From positions 182,769 through 246,768 of the IMG/VR virus record IMGVR_UViG_3300025161_000004: a stretch of 64,000 nt of DNA; one strand, given 5' to 3'. Positions 38,635-47,764 of this stretch are shown here, in pieces (within the stretch, counting starts at the first letter, position 1; each line of letters starts with the position of its first letter). The notes beneath the pieces were generated by a model that had not been told where the DNA came from, ran no database searches, and saw only the letters and a list, made by a program, of their open reading frames with translations. The position numbers and the translations under genes were made by a program.

Positions 38635-39330
38635 ATGGATATTAATAAAGAATTTAGAAATTATGCAGTTAAACACATAGGTATTTCATCGTTATCATTA
38701 CATAGATATGATAATGCATTAATTAATCATGGTGTTACCAATATGACTCGTTCAATTATAGAAGAAAGGCAAGTTAACTTCAGAGAAATCGACGTTTTCT
38801 CAAGATTAATGCAAGATAGAATCATATTTTTAGGTATGCCCATTGATGATATTGTATGTAATATTGTGACTGCACAATTATTATTTCTTGATAATCTCGA
38901 TCCAAGTAAAGAAATCACAATGTACATAAACTCCCCTGGTGGTTCAGTTTATGATGGTTATGGGATTAGAGATGTTATGCAATATGTTACACCAGAAGTA
39001 TCAACCGTTGCAATATCATTAGCAGCATCAATGGCGGCTATTCTTTTAACTTCTGGTGCTGCAGGCAAAAGATACTCACTTCCTTACTCTCGTATTATGT
39101 TACATCAACCATTAGGTGCTATGCAAGGTCAAGCATCTGATATGGAAATTAGCTATAAGCAAATTTCAATAATAAAGAAAGAACTTTATGAAATTATTCA
39201 AATGCACTTACCAGACAATAAAAAGAAATCACTTGAGCAGATTGAAAAAGATTGTGATAGAGATTATTGGATGAATGGTAAAGAAGCTGTTGAATACGGC
39301 ATTATTGATGAAGTAATAGAAAGAAGATAA
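38635..39330 (+). CDS. clpP: ClpP protease subunit
   Basis: FSRLMQDRIIFLG, YINSPGG, AASMAA, MLHQP, DRDYWM; Bacteroidota-style N-terminus. Confidence 0.95.
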   Translation: MDINKEFRNYAVKHIGISSLSLHRYDNALINHGVTNMTRSIIEERQVNFREIDVFSRLMQDRIIFLGMPIDDIVCNIVTAQLLFLDNLDPSKEITMYINSPGGSVYDGYGIRDVMQYVTPEVSTVAISLAASMAAILLTSGAAGKRYSLPYSRIMLHQPLGAMQGQASDMEISYKQISIIKKELYEIIQMHLPDNKKKSLEQIEKDCDRDYWMNGKEAVEYGIIDEVIERR

Positions 39331-39387
39331 ATAAAAATGAACTTTTTCTAAAAAAGAATGTATTTAATAATATATTACGATAAAACT

Positions 39388-39465
39388 ATGAAAAATATAA
39401 TCACAATTACCCAAATTACAAGGATAAGAGGTACAAAAACCTCAAGTAATGGGTTTATTGTGTGA
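39388..39465 (+). CDS. Leader peptide 4 (Ile/Thr/Arg sensing), 25 aa
   Basis: MKNIITITQITRIRGTKTSSNGFIV; GGGTTTATTGTGT antiterminator segment. Confidence 0.88.
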   Translation: MKNIITITQITRIRGTKTSSNGFIV

Positions 39466-39493
39466 AATTTTTTAGTTAATATCTTTAACACAT

Positions 39494-39524
39494 AAACCCG
39501 ATAAAAAATCGGGTTTTTTTGTTT
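39494..39524 (+). terminator. Attenuator terminator of tRNA operon 4
   Basis: AAACCCGAT-AAAAA-ATCGGGTTTTTTTGTTT. Confidence 0.88.
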
Positions 39525-39631
39525 ATATATCTTGATGATATGGAGTAAATTATGTTTATTTGCCATAATAAAATCTAAATTCCATTTTTAGTCAAGGTAT
39601 AGAGATTGTTATTTGATATATTGGGTTTTAT

Positions 39632-39716
39632 GCTTGGGTCGCATAGAGGTCGATTGCGCCTGACTTGTAATCAGGAGAGTTTATACTCCACGTGGGTTCG
39701 AATCCCACCTCAAGCT
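39632..39716 (+). tRNA. tRNA-Thr(TGT) with long variable arm
   Basis: CCTGA-CTTGTAA-TCAGG; 16-nt variable region. Confidence 0.85.
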
Positions 39717-39721
39717 CATTT

Positions 39722-39793
39722 GCCTCTGTAGTTCAATGGATAGAACATTTGACTTCTAATCAAAAGATACAGGTTCGACTCCTGTCAGGGGTA
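39722..39793 (+). tRNA. tRNA-Arg(TCT)
   Basis: TTTGA-CTTCTAA-TCAAA. Confidence 0.92.
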
Positions 39794-39887
39794 CTAAAAC
39801 TTAGTTCAGTATTTTTTTTTAAATAAGCAATAATTTTAATTTAAAAATATTTTATTTTAGATAAATGGTTTTCAGGTTAAAGTTTAT

Positions 39888-39960
39888 ATCTCCATAGTTT
39901 AATTGGACAAAATAGATGACTACGAATCATCAGTTATAGGTTCGAATCCTATTGGAGATA
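39888..39960 (+). tRNA. tRNA-Arg(ACG)
   Basis: GATGA-CTACGAA-TCATC. Confidence 0.9.
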
Positions 39961-39964
39961 CAAA

Positions 39965-40088
39965 GAAGTGTGTTTAGCTTAAAATGTCCATTAGTAATGA
40001 TAGAGAGAGTTACTAATGCTTAAATGATAGAGTCCCTCGCTCTCTGTAAGAGGTGGATGTAGAAATTGACTAACTACAACACACTTCA
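39965..40088 (+). ncRNA. Structured tRNA-like element of unclear identity
   Basis: 10-bp closing stem GAAGTGTGTT/AACACACTTC; internal 9-bp hairpin CATTAGTAA/TTACTAATG. Confidence 0.4.
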
Positions 40089-40112
40089 TATGATATTACT
40101 ATATATCTTAAT

Positions 40113-40171
40113 TAGTTAAGGTATGAAGTCGATACTTACGAGATTACGGGTTCAAATTCAGTCTTGACTAC
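40113..40171 (+). pseudogene. tRNA remnant lacking the anticodon arm
   Basis: TAGTTAAG/CTTGACTA acceptor, GTAT/ATAC D stem, GGTTCAAAT loop. Confidence 0.4.
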
Positions 40172-40202
40172 TAAGTGGGTTATGTGGAATTTCTTTCAAC
40201 AT

Positions 40203-40277
40203 TGTCGGATAGCTCAGTTTGGTTAGAGCACAAAGCTGATACCTTTGGGGTCGCTGGTTCGAATCCAGTTCCGACAA
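40203..40277 (+). tRNA. tRNA-Ile(GAT)
   Basis: CAAAG-CTGATAC-CTTTG. Confidence 0.9.
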
Positions 40278-40291
40278 CATTATTTTTTTTT

Positions 40292-40753
40292 ATGGAAAAG
40301 CAAATACGATTAACAATTGAATTAGTGCCAAGTACATGTTGGTATACTAATGTACGTAGTCATGTATCAGAATTTACTTGGGATATAATAAGAAAAAAAT
40401 GCTATAGACTTGCTAATCATAAATGTGAAATATGTGGTTCTACGGGTAAAGAGCAAGGATATAATCACAATGTTGAATGTCATGAAATATGGTATTATGA
40501 TGATGTAAATCACAAACAAATCCTTACGGGATTAATTGCGTTATGTCCTTATTGTCACAAAACTAAACACGTTGGTTTAGCTCAAATTAATGGTGAAAAA
40601 GAAATTGTTATTAATCAATTAATGAAGGTTAATGGTATGTCTAGAGAAGAAGCAATAAAATACATAACGGAATCATTTTCGATTTGGAAAAAAAGAAGTG
40701 AATTTAAATGGGAAACCGATATTACCTATATAAAAAAATATATCAATGATTAA
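40292..40753 (+). CDS. HNH endonuclease-family protein
   Basis: CEICG...ECHEIW...LCPYCHKTKH; start moved past the tRNA to ATG 40292. Confidence 0.85.
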   Translation: MEKQIRLTIELVPSTCWYTNVRSHVSEFTWDIIRKKCYRLANHKCEICGSTGKEQGYNHNVECHEIWYYDDVNHKQILTGLIALCPYCHKTKHVGLAQINGEKEIVINQLMKVNGMSREEAIKYITESFSIWKKRSEFKWETDITYIKKYIND

Positions 40754-41033
40754 TAGAAAAAATAAAATAGTATTTTATGATTATCAATTAACTAAAGATA
40801 TTGATAAGTTTGGTTTGGATGCTCATCCTAAATTAGGATTTGAAAATCAAAGAAACGTAATTAAATATATCGAAGATAATTTTGATAAATCTGATTTATC
40901 AAATAGCACACTAGAGATTATGATTTACAAAGTAGAAGTAATTAAAACAATTAGAGTAGGAATTGATAAAAATAATAGTATTATCATAAAAAAATCACAT
41001 AACCAAAATTTGAATAAATTATTGACGGCATAG
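40746..41033 (+). CDS. Hypothetical protein
   Basis: 95 aa, coupled to the upstream gene. Confidence 0.65.
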   Translation: MINRKNKIVFYDYQLTKDIDKFGLDAHPKLGFENQRNVIKYIEDNFDKSDLSNSTLEIMIYKVEVIKTIRVGIDKNNSIIIKKSHNQNLNKLLTA

Positions 41034-41163
41034 TATCGGTTTTAAAACAATTTTTTAGATAAAAATTATTTACTAAATCCCATATTTTTTTCATTACTAA
41101 AATAACCGAATTATAAAATTTATCGTATAATATATTTATACTTAATATTTAATTTATTCTATT

Positions 41164-41433
41164 ATGAATTTTGGTTTAAAAGAAAAAATCATTGAATTGC
41201 GCAAACAAAAATTAACTTACAATCAGATAGCCGAAAGGCTGAATTGTGCCAAATCTACTATTTCATATCATTGTCAAAAAGAGGGTTTAGATGACATCGG
41301 ATTAAAACTTAATCCTGTCGAAAAAAATGTCGTGAAACAAATTAAGAGCTTTACTCGTAATAATTCTTTAAATGCTGCTGTCAAACATTTTGGATTGTCA
41401 AAAACGACAATTATAAAATATAAGAAATTATAA
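41164..41433 (+). CDS. Double-HTH small protein (possibly a truncated homing endonuclease)
   Basis: TYNQIAERLNCAKSTISYH; AVKHFGLSKTTI. Confidence 0.6.
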   Translation: MNFGLKEKIIELRKQKLTYNQIAERLNCAKSTISYHCQKEGLDDIGLKLNPVEKNVVKQIKSFTRNNSLNAAVKHFGLSKTTIIKYKKL

Positions 41434-41434
41434 A

Positions 41435-41881
41435 ATGCTTGTGGAAAGTATAGGTGGTGAGTGTCCATGCTGTAACTATGATAAAATGTTACAACGACAT
41501 GGCTCATCGGAGTACTATCTTTTGGATGGCTGTCCAAATTGTGGTTTTGGATATGGTACTAATCATCATGATTTACATAATTTCGGTATTGATGCTTGGA
41601 TTGATTACGGTAGACATGTGTTAGCATCCATATTCTCTCATTCTATTGATGGTGAGTTTTATTTAGTAGATGATAGTAAATTTGAGCATGATGATATACG
41701 ATATTATTTGTTGAATAATGATTTAAAAAAGTTGGATAAAGATGTTCTCAGAAAAAGAATATTTGATTGGATGGAAACACAAGATATAAAGTCTGACAGT
41801 ATCACCGTATTTCGATATAATCGTGTTGATGTTGAAAGATGGTTATCTACTAATCCAATGATATTTAAAAAAATTGATTGA
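41435..41881 (+). CDS. Zn-finger hypothetical protein
   Basis: CPCC...CPNCG. Confidence 0.65.
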   Translation: MLVESIGGECPCCNYDKMLQRHGSSEYYLLDGCPNCGFGYGTNHHDLHNFGIDAWIDYGRHVLASIFSHSIDGEFYLVDDSKFEHDDIRYYLLNNDLKKLDKDVLRKRIFDWMETQDIKSDSITVFRYNRVDVERWLSTNPMIFKKID

Positions 41882-42050
41882 TGATTAAGGAAAAAAAATA
41901 TCAAACACAATTTTGTAAAATAAGGTAGTGAAAGAAGAAATCTATAAGAAACATTACAATGGAATGATTGAATGTTTTAAATTATCTGAATTACCTACAA
42001 ATCTAGAACCTGACGATTTAATTGTATTCCATTAAATTATATGATTAATT

Positions 42051-42278
42051 ATGATTTGGATTGACGCTAATGTAGAACTCCCAGATGAATTTATACATGT
42101 ATATGTTAAAATTCGCAGAAGAAAAAGAATTATAAAGGAGGTTGCTTTTTATTCCGCAGAAAGAAAAGAATTTTTTACTAAGTCAGGTGATACGTTTAAA
42201 ACAAAATATGTTCAATGGCTAAAAGATAACGACTACTTAAAAGAATCAAGTAAAATGAAAAAAATAATCAAAAAATAA
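42051..42278 (+). CDS. Small hypothetical protein
   Basis: MIWIDANVELP N-terminus. Confidence 0.6.
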   Translation: MIWIDANVELPDEFIHVYVKIRRRKRIIKEVAFYSAERKEFFTKSGDTFKTKYVQWLKDNDYLKESSKMKKIIKK

Positions 42279-42299
42279 TAAACCTTTTCTTGGCAAGAA

Positions 42300-42319
42300 C
42301 GTATTTATGTGTATATTTG
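42300..42319 (+). promoter_or_regulatory. Promoter of tRNA operon 5
   Basis: CGTATTTAT, then TATATTTG at 42312-42319. Confidence 0.7.
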
Positions 42320-42338
42320 CAGAAAAATAAGAAGAAAA

Positions 42339-42458
42339 ATGAAATTTTTAAATCTAAATAATAATCCTTCGAACCTGAATAGTAATTTTATATCAGGGAA
42401 TATTTTTCTTGGTACTTGTCAAGAGAAGTCGGGTTATTCTTTAGATTTTGGTGGATGA
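42339..42458 (+). CDS. Leader peptide 5 (Phe/Leu/Asn/Ser/Ile/Gly/Cys sensing), 39 aa
   Basis: MKFLNLNNNPSNLNSNFISGNIFLGTCQEKSGYSLDFGG; GTCGGGTTATTCTT antiterminator segment. Confidence 0.88.
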   Translation: MKFLNLNNNPSNLNSNFISGNIFLGTCQEKSGYSLDFGG

Positions 42459-42485
42459 TAAACTAAAACAACTAAAGAAATCAAG

Positions 42486-42516
42486 AAAACCCGACACAAA
42501 AGTCGGGTTTTTTATT
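42486..42516 (+). terminator. Attenuator terminator of tRNA operon 5
   Basis: AAAACCCGAC-ACAAAA-GTCGGGTTTTTTATT. Confidence 0.9.
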
Positions 42517-42595
42517 ATAAGTATATGACATGGAGATGAGGTTATTGATTATTATCAAAAAAGTATGGTTTTGATTCATATCAAATTTACAATAT

Positions 42596-42668
42596 GTGGT
42601 AGTTACCGAGTAGGTCAAGGTGACGGTCTGAAAAACCGTTAATGTGGGTTCGATTCCCACCTACCACA
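42596..42668 (+). tRNA. tRNA-Phe(GAA)
   Basis: ACGGT-CTGAAAA-ACCGT. Confidence 0.9.
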
Positions 42669-42738
42669 CAGTTTAATATGAAAACTAAAGATCTTTGACA
42701 GATTGATATTTTTTTTCTACCTTTATGTGTAGGTTTAT

Positions 42739-42811
42739 GCTCATGTGGCGCAATGGTTAGCGCAGGATGCTTATATCATCAAGGTTGCAGGTTCGAGTCC
42801 TGCCATGAGTA
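42739..42811 (+). tRNA. tRNA-Ile(TAT)
   Basis: GATG-CTTATAT-CATC; canonical D and T arms. Confidence 0.8.
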
Positions 42812-42814
42812 CAT

Positions 42815-42904
42815 AGAGAGTTGGCAGAGTTGGTTTATTGCACTTGTTTGCTAAACAAGCAGTCGAGATAACTTGACTCAAGGGTTCGAATCCCTTACTC
42901 TCTA
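42815..42904 (+). tRNA. tRNA-Ser(GCT)
   Basis: CTTGT-TTGCTAA-ACAAG; long variable arm. Confidence 0.9.
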
Positions 42905-42912
42905 CTTATTAT

Positions 42913-42985
42913 GCAGTAATAGCTCATTTGGTAGAGCATTGCATTGCCAATGCAAGGGCGGCGGGTTCGAATCCCGTTTACTGCA
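42913..42985 (+). tRNA. tRNA-Gly(GCC)
   Basis: TTGCA-TTGCCAA-TGCAA. Confidence 0.9.
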
Positions 42986-43039
42986 CAATAGACTTGGAAA
43001 AACCTCTTATCTTGTTAAAGATAAAGTAACCAAGTTGTT

Positions 43040-43110
43040 GCCCGAATGGTGTAAATAGTAGCATACTTGCTACGCAGCAAGAGGTGTTGGTTCAAGTCCA
43101 ACTTCGGGCC
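43040..43110 (+). pseudogene. Atypical tRNA with a 6-nt anticodon loop (Arg ACG-like)
   Basis: CTTGC-TACGCA-GCAAG; D loop lacks GG; acceptor and T stems intact. Confidence 0.5.
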
Positions 43111-43239
43111 TAATAACATATTACTACTGAAGTAGATTAATATGTGTGAATAGAATATAGAAATGTGATTATAGAGATAAAAATAGAAACAAAAAAAACT
43201 ATTTTTATTATGGATTTAAAACCTACTGACACAGTAATT

Positions 43240-43311
43240 GCGATATAGGTGTTGATGGTTACATAGCAGACTTCCAATCTGCAGTAGCGGGTTCGAGCCC
43301 CGCATATCGCT
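43240..43311 (+). tRNA. tRNA-Gly(TCC)
   Basis: GCAGA-CTTCCAA-TCTGC; U73. Confidence 0.88.
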
Positions 43312-43369
43312 CATAACTATATTTGGTTAGTATAATTAATATAATAAATATTTTATTATAAAATAATAC

Positions 43370-43454
43370 AGAGAGTTGGCAGAGCGGTCGAATGCACCTG
43401 TCTTGAAAACAGGAATCCTTTCGGGGATCGGGGGTTCGAATCCCTCACTCTCTG
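43370..43454 (+). tRNA. tRNA-Ser(TGA)
   Basis: CCTGT-CTTGAAA-ACAGG; long variable arm; G73. Confidence 0.93.
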
Positions 43455-43573
43455 CAAACAAATTAAATTGATATTTTAATTCAGTTAGTGCATATTTTAG
43501 CTTTACCAATAATATGTTGATATTTTAATAGACAAAATAATGATATATTTATATAATTAATATAGAATTTTAT

Positions 43574-43664
43574 TCTGGTGTAGCTGATGTGGTTTTAGCT
43601 GCGGACTGTTAATCCGTGAATGAAATATATTGAAATAAAGTAGGTTCGAGTCCTACCACCAGAG
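43574..43664 (+). tRNA. tRNA-Asn(GTT) with a 22-nt variable region
   Basis: GCGGA-CTGTTAA-TCCGT; G73. Confidence 0.82.
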
Positions 43665-43665
43665 C

Positions 43666-44079
43666 ATGGAAATTAAGAAGCAATTTAGAGTTATCGTTGC
43701 AGGTAGCAGAAACTTTAATGATTATGATTTCTTAAAAGAAAAACTTGATCGTTTATTAATTAATAAAATTAAAGATTCTGAAATCATAATAGTATCTGGT
43801 ACTGCATATGGTGCTGATAAATTGGGAGAAAAATATGCAAAAGAAAGGGGATTCAAAATCCATAGATATCCAGCTGATTGGGGAAAATTTGGTAAAGCAG
43901 CTGGATATATAAGAAATATTGAAATGTTAGAAAATGCTGACGCATGTATTGTTTTTAGGGTAAATAATTCGAAAGGTTCAACACACATGATAGATATTGC
44001 AAAAGAGAAAAATATCCCACTGAGATACTATGATATATACGACACACGCTCCAATGATGGAATTGGTAGACATGCCTGA
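43666..44079 (+). CDS. SLOG/DUF2493-family protein
   Basis: IVAGSRNF...VSGTAYGAD...YPADW...GKAAG.IRN.EM...SKGS; 3' end overlaps tRNA-Leu. Confidence 0.85.
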   Translation: MEIKKQFRVIVAGSRNFNDYDFLKEKLDRLLINKIKDSEIIIVSGTAYGADKLGEKYAKERGFKIHRYPADWGKFGKAAGYIRNIEMLENADACIVFRVNNSKGSTHMIDIAKEKNIPLRYYDIYDTRSNDGIGRHA

Positions 44080-44135
44080 TTTAGAATCAGGTGCGAACTA
44101 ATAGTAGCGTGTAGGTTCGAATCCTACTTGGAGTA
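44048..44135 (+). tRNA. tRNA-Leu(TAG)
   Basis: CCTGA-TTTAGAA-TCAGG; long variable arm. Confidence 0.9.
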
Positions 44136-44207
44136 CAAAAGGTATGGTTAATGATTGGTGTTCTATCAATTATAAATCTCAATTTATTAATTAAACAATA
44201 CTAAAAT

Positions 44208-44289
44208 GCCCTTATGGTGGAAATGGTAGTCACGCTGGTCTAAGAAGCCTGTGTCGAAAGACGTGTAGGTTCGAATCCTACTAAGGGCA
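44208..44289 (+). tRNA. tRNA-Leu(AAG)
   Basis: CTGGT-CTAAGAA-GCCTG (one mismatch); variable arm GTCGAAAGAC. Confidence 0.8.
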
Positions 44290-44297
44290 CTTAGTAT

Positions 44298-44374
44298 GTG
44301 GGAGTCGCCAAGTGGTTCAAGGCGCAAGTCTGCAAAACTTGTATATGTCGTGGGTTCGAATCCCACCTCCCACT
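44298..44374 (+). tRNA. tRNA-Cys(GCA)
   Basis: CAAGT-CTGCAAA-ACTTG; U73. Confidence 0.9.
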
Positions 44375-44583
44375 CGAATAAAATTTAGTAATACGGATTG
44401 ACTTTTTTATTATACTTTCTATTTTTACAATCCATACCAAAACAAATTAAATAAAACATATTATCAATTTAATTAAGTGATAATATTTTTATGCTTATTA
44501 TTACCAATTTAAATTGTATTGTTTTCTTAGATAAAAAAATTTATTCTCAAAATTTTTCATGTAATTTAAATTAAACAGAAATA

Positions 44584-45714
44584 ATGAATATATTCCATAA
44601 CTTCATTCATAGTAATGAAATATTTGTTAAACCTAATGACTGGATTTCCATAAAAGAAAATTACAGTCAGGAATTTATTATTAAACAATTATCAGATGCC
44701 ATTGTTGAATATAATATAAAATTACCATATCAAATAATCACACATCAAGATATGGTTGACAGCTATAATGATCTTATGAATTTCGATTCTCTAACTCTAA
44801 TTAAAAATGGGAAATGGGTAAGTAAATTTGAATATAAATATCACTTTAACGAAATCTATATTGATCTGAGTTCTGTTGGTGCTAAAGCATCTAACTATTT
44901 TCATCAAGTTGAGAGATGGAAGTGTGATGCAACAGGTTATCCTTCACCGCAAAAAACATGGGAAAAAGAACGATTCAGAATTACACTATTGAAAGCGTTA
45001 TTTTCATTGAAAGTTTCAGAGATAAACCCTCATATTTTACGTAATATTATTTCTCTTAGAAAATATATAGCACCTCAATTTAGACCAAGTGCAGCGAAAG
45101 CAATATATGATTACTTTAAGGCTGAAAGAGTTCTTGATTTTAGTATGGGTTGGGGTGATAGATTATTAGCGGCACATACTTCGAAATATGTGAAGAAATA
45201 TATCGGATTTGACCCTAATAAAAACCTTTATAGTGGTTATTTAAGTCAAATTGAGGAGTATAATAAATTAAATCTGTTAAAAAAAGAATTTGTTCTATAT
45301 CCACTTTGTGCTGAAGATGAGAATATTGATTTGTCTAATGAACAATTTGATTTAATATTCACATCACCACCATATTTTGATAAAGAAAAGTATGATCAAT
45401 CGGATAGACAATCATATAAGAGATATAAAAAGTTTGATGATTGGTTGAATAATTTTTTATGTAAGACTATTGAGTTAAGAATTAAGAATTTAAAAGTTGG
45501 TGGATATTTAGTAATCAATATAAGTGATATTTATACCAGAAAAAAACTTTATAAGATATGCGATGGTATGAATAATTTTATTCATAATAACTTACCTGAT
45601 ATGAAATATATTGGTGCTATAGGATATAGAATGCCTAAAAGACCACAGAGTATTTCAAGTGATCAAGTAGGTATATATGGTGAACCTATGTGGGTTTATC
45701 AAAAAATATCATGA
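44584..45714 (+). CDS. Amino-DNA methyltransferase (N4C/N6A)
   Basis: VLDFSMGWGDRL SAM motif, then FTSPPYF. Confidence 0.85.
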   Translation: MNIFHNFIHSNEIFVKPNDWISIKENYSQEFIIKQLSDAIVEYNIKLPYQIITHQDMVDSYNDLMNFDSLTLIKNGKWVSKFEYKYHFNEIYIDLSSVGAKASNYFHQVERWKCDATGYPSPQKTWEKERFRITLLKALFSLKVSEINPHILRNIISLRKYIAPQFRPSAAKAIYDYFKAERVLDFSMGWGDRLLAAHTSKYVKKYIGFDPNKNLYSGYLSQIEEYNKLNLLKKEFVLYPLCAEDENIDLSNEQFDLIFTSPPYFDKEKYDQSDRQSYKRYKKFDDWLNNFLCKTIELRIKNLKVGGYLVINISDIYTRKKLYKICDGMNNFIHNNLPDMKYIGAIGYRMPKRPQSISSDQVGIYGEPMWVYQKIS

Positions 45715-45980
45715 GCAAATTTACTTTATTAAAAAGAACATACCCAACATCTAAAGTCGATAGAGAATGTGATGGTTATAAATATATTATGGAGTCATTT
45801 ACTAAAGAACAAAGAGATGCTGCAGGTATTGACGAAAGTAAATTAAAAAAGATAATATATTCTGGTGAGACATATATGTATCAAGTAGGAAAAGAAGATG
45901 GCGAATTTAAAACGAAATATATCTCATTAGAAAACTTTGAAATTATAAGAATGAAATTTTTTGGTAACCAAGATGATTAA
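45711..45980 (+). CDS. Hypothetical protein
   Basis: ATG overlaps the upstream TGA; ends NQDD. Confidence 0.65.
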   Translation: MSKFTLLKRTYPTSKVDRECDGYKYIMESFTKEQRDAAGIDESKLKKIIYSGETYMYQVGKEDGEFKTKYISLENFEIIRMKFFGNQDD

Positions 45981-46036
45981 TTTTTCGTATTATCTACATA
46001 TACGATATATTAACATAGTGGTTAATACTGGACTCT
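45964..46036 (+). repeat. Diverged copy of 47691-47764, including the 5' half of the suppressor tRNA
   Basis: GTAACCAAGATGATTAA.TTTTCGTAT...CATAGTGGTTAAT...GGACTCT occurs at both places. Confidence 0.85.
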
Positions 46037-46040
46037 ATAA

Positions 46041-47328
<1,288 letters not shown>

Positions 47329-47352
47329 TGCCACACCAAATTCCCAAATTAA

Positions 47353-47565
47353 ATGAGAAACAAAATTTTCATAAGCCATGCTGCACCTGATGACAACGAT
47401 TTTACTAAATGGTTGGCATTAAAGCTAATTGCCTTGGGTTATGAGGTATGGTGTGATGTTTTATTCTTAGATAGAGGAGTTCACAGTAAACTTATGTATG
47501 AGTTGACAGTAAATTTCTGTAAAATAGCCAATAGCGGCAACATTCCAAATGTTATTATGTTTTAA
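47353..47565 (+). pseudogene. 3'-truncated TIR-domain gene
   Basis: KIFISHAAPDDNDFTKWLALKLIALGYEVWCD, then diverges and stops at 70 aa. Confidence 0.75.
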
Positions 47566-47690
47566 GACATCGTCTTATAACAAGACAGTTTGTAAGTTTT
47601 GATGTTAAACCACCATTAATGGACTTCAAAATATTAAATTTAGCTATATGAAATTATCTTGGGACAAACTTGATGTGTTAGCAAAAAAGT

Positions 47691-47764
47691 GTAACCAAGA
47701 TGATTAAATTTTCGTATAATACAACAAATACGATCCATTAGCATAGTGGTTAATGTAGGACTCT
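47691..47764 (+). repeat. Second copy of the direct repeat (intact tRNA 5' half)
   Basis: See 45964-46036. Confidence 0.85.

Noticed and set aside
47353-47565. Functional TIR/Thoeris-type defence or anti-defence protein
   Set aside because: Truncated after about 40 TIR residues, so it lacks most of the domain, including the catalytic region.
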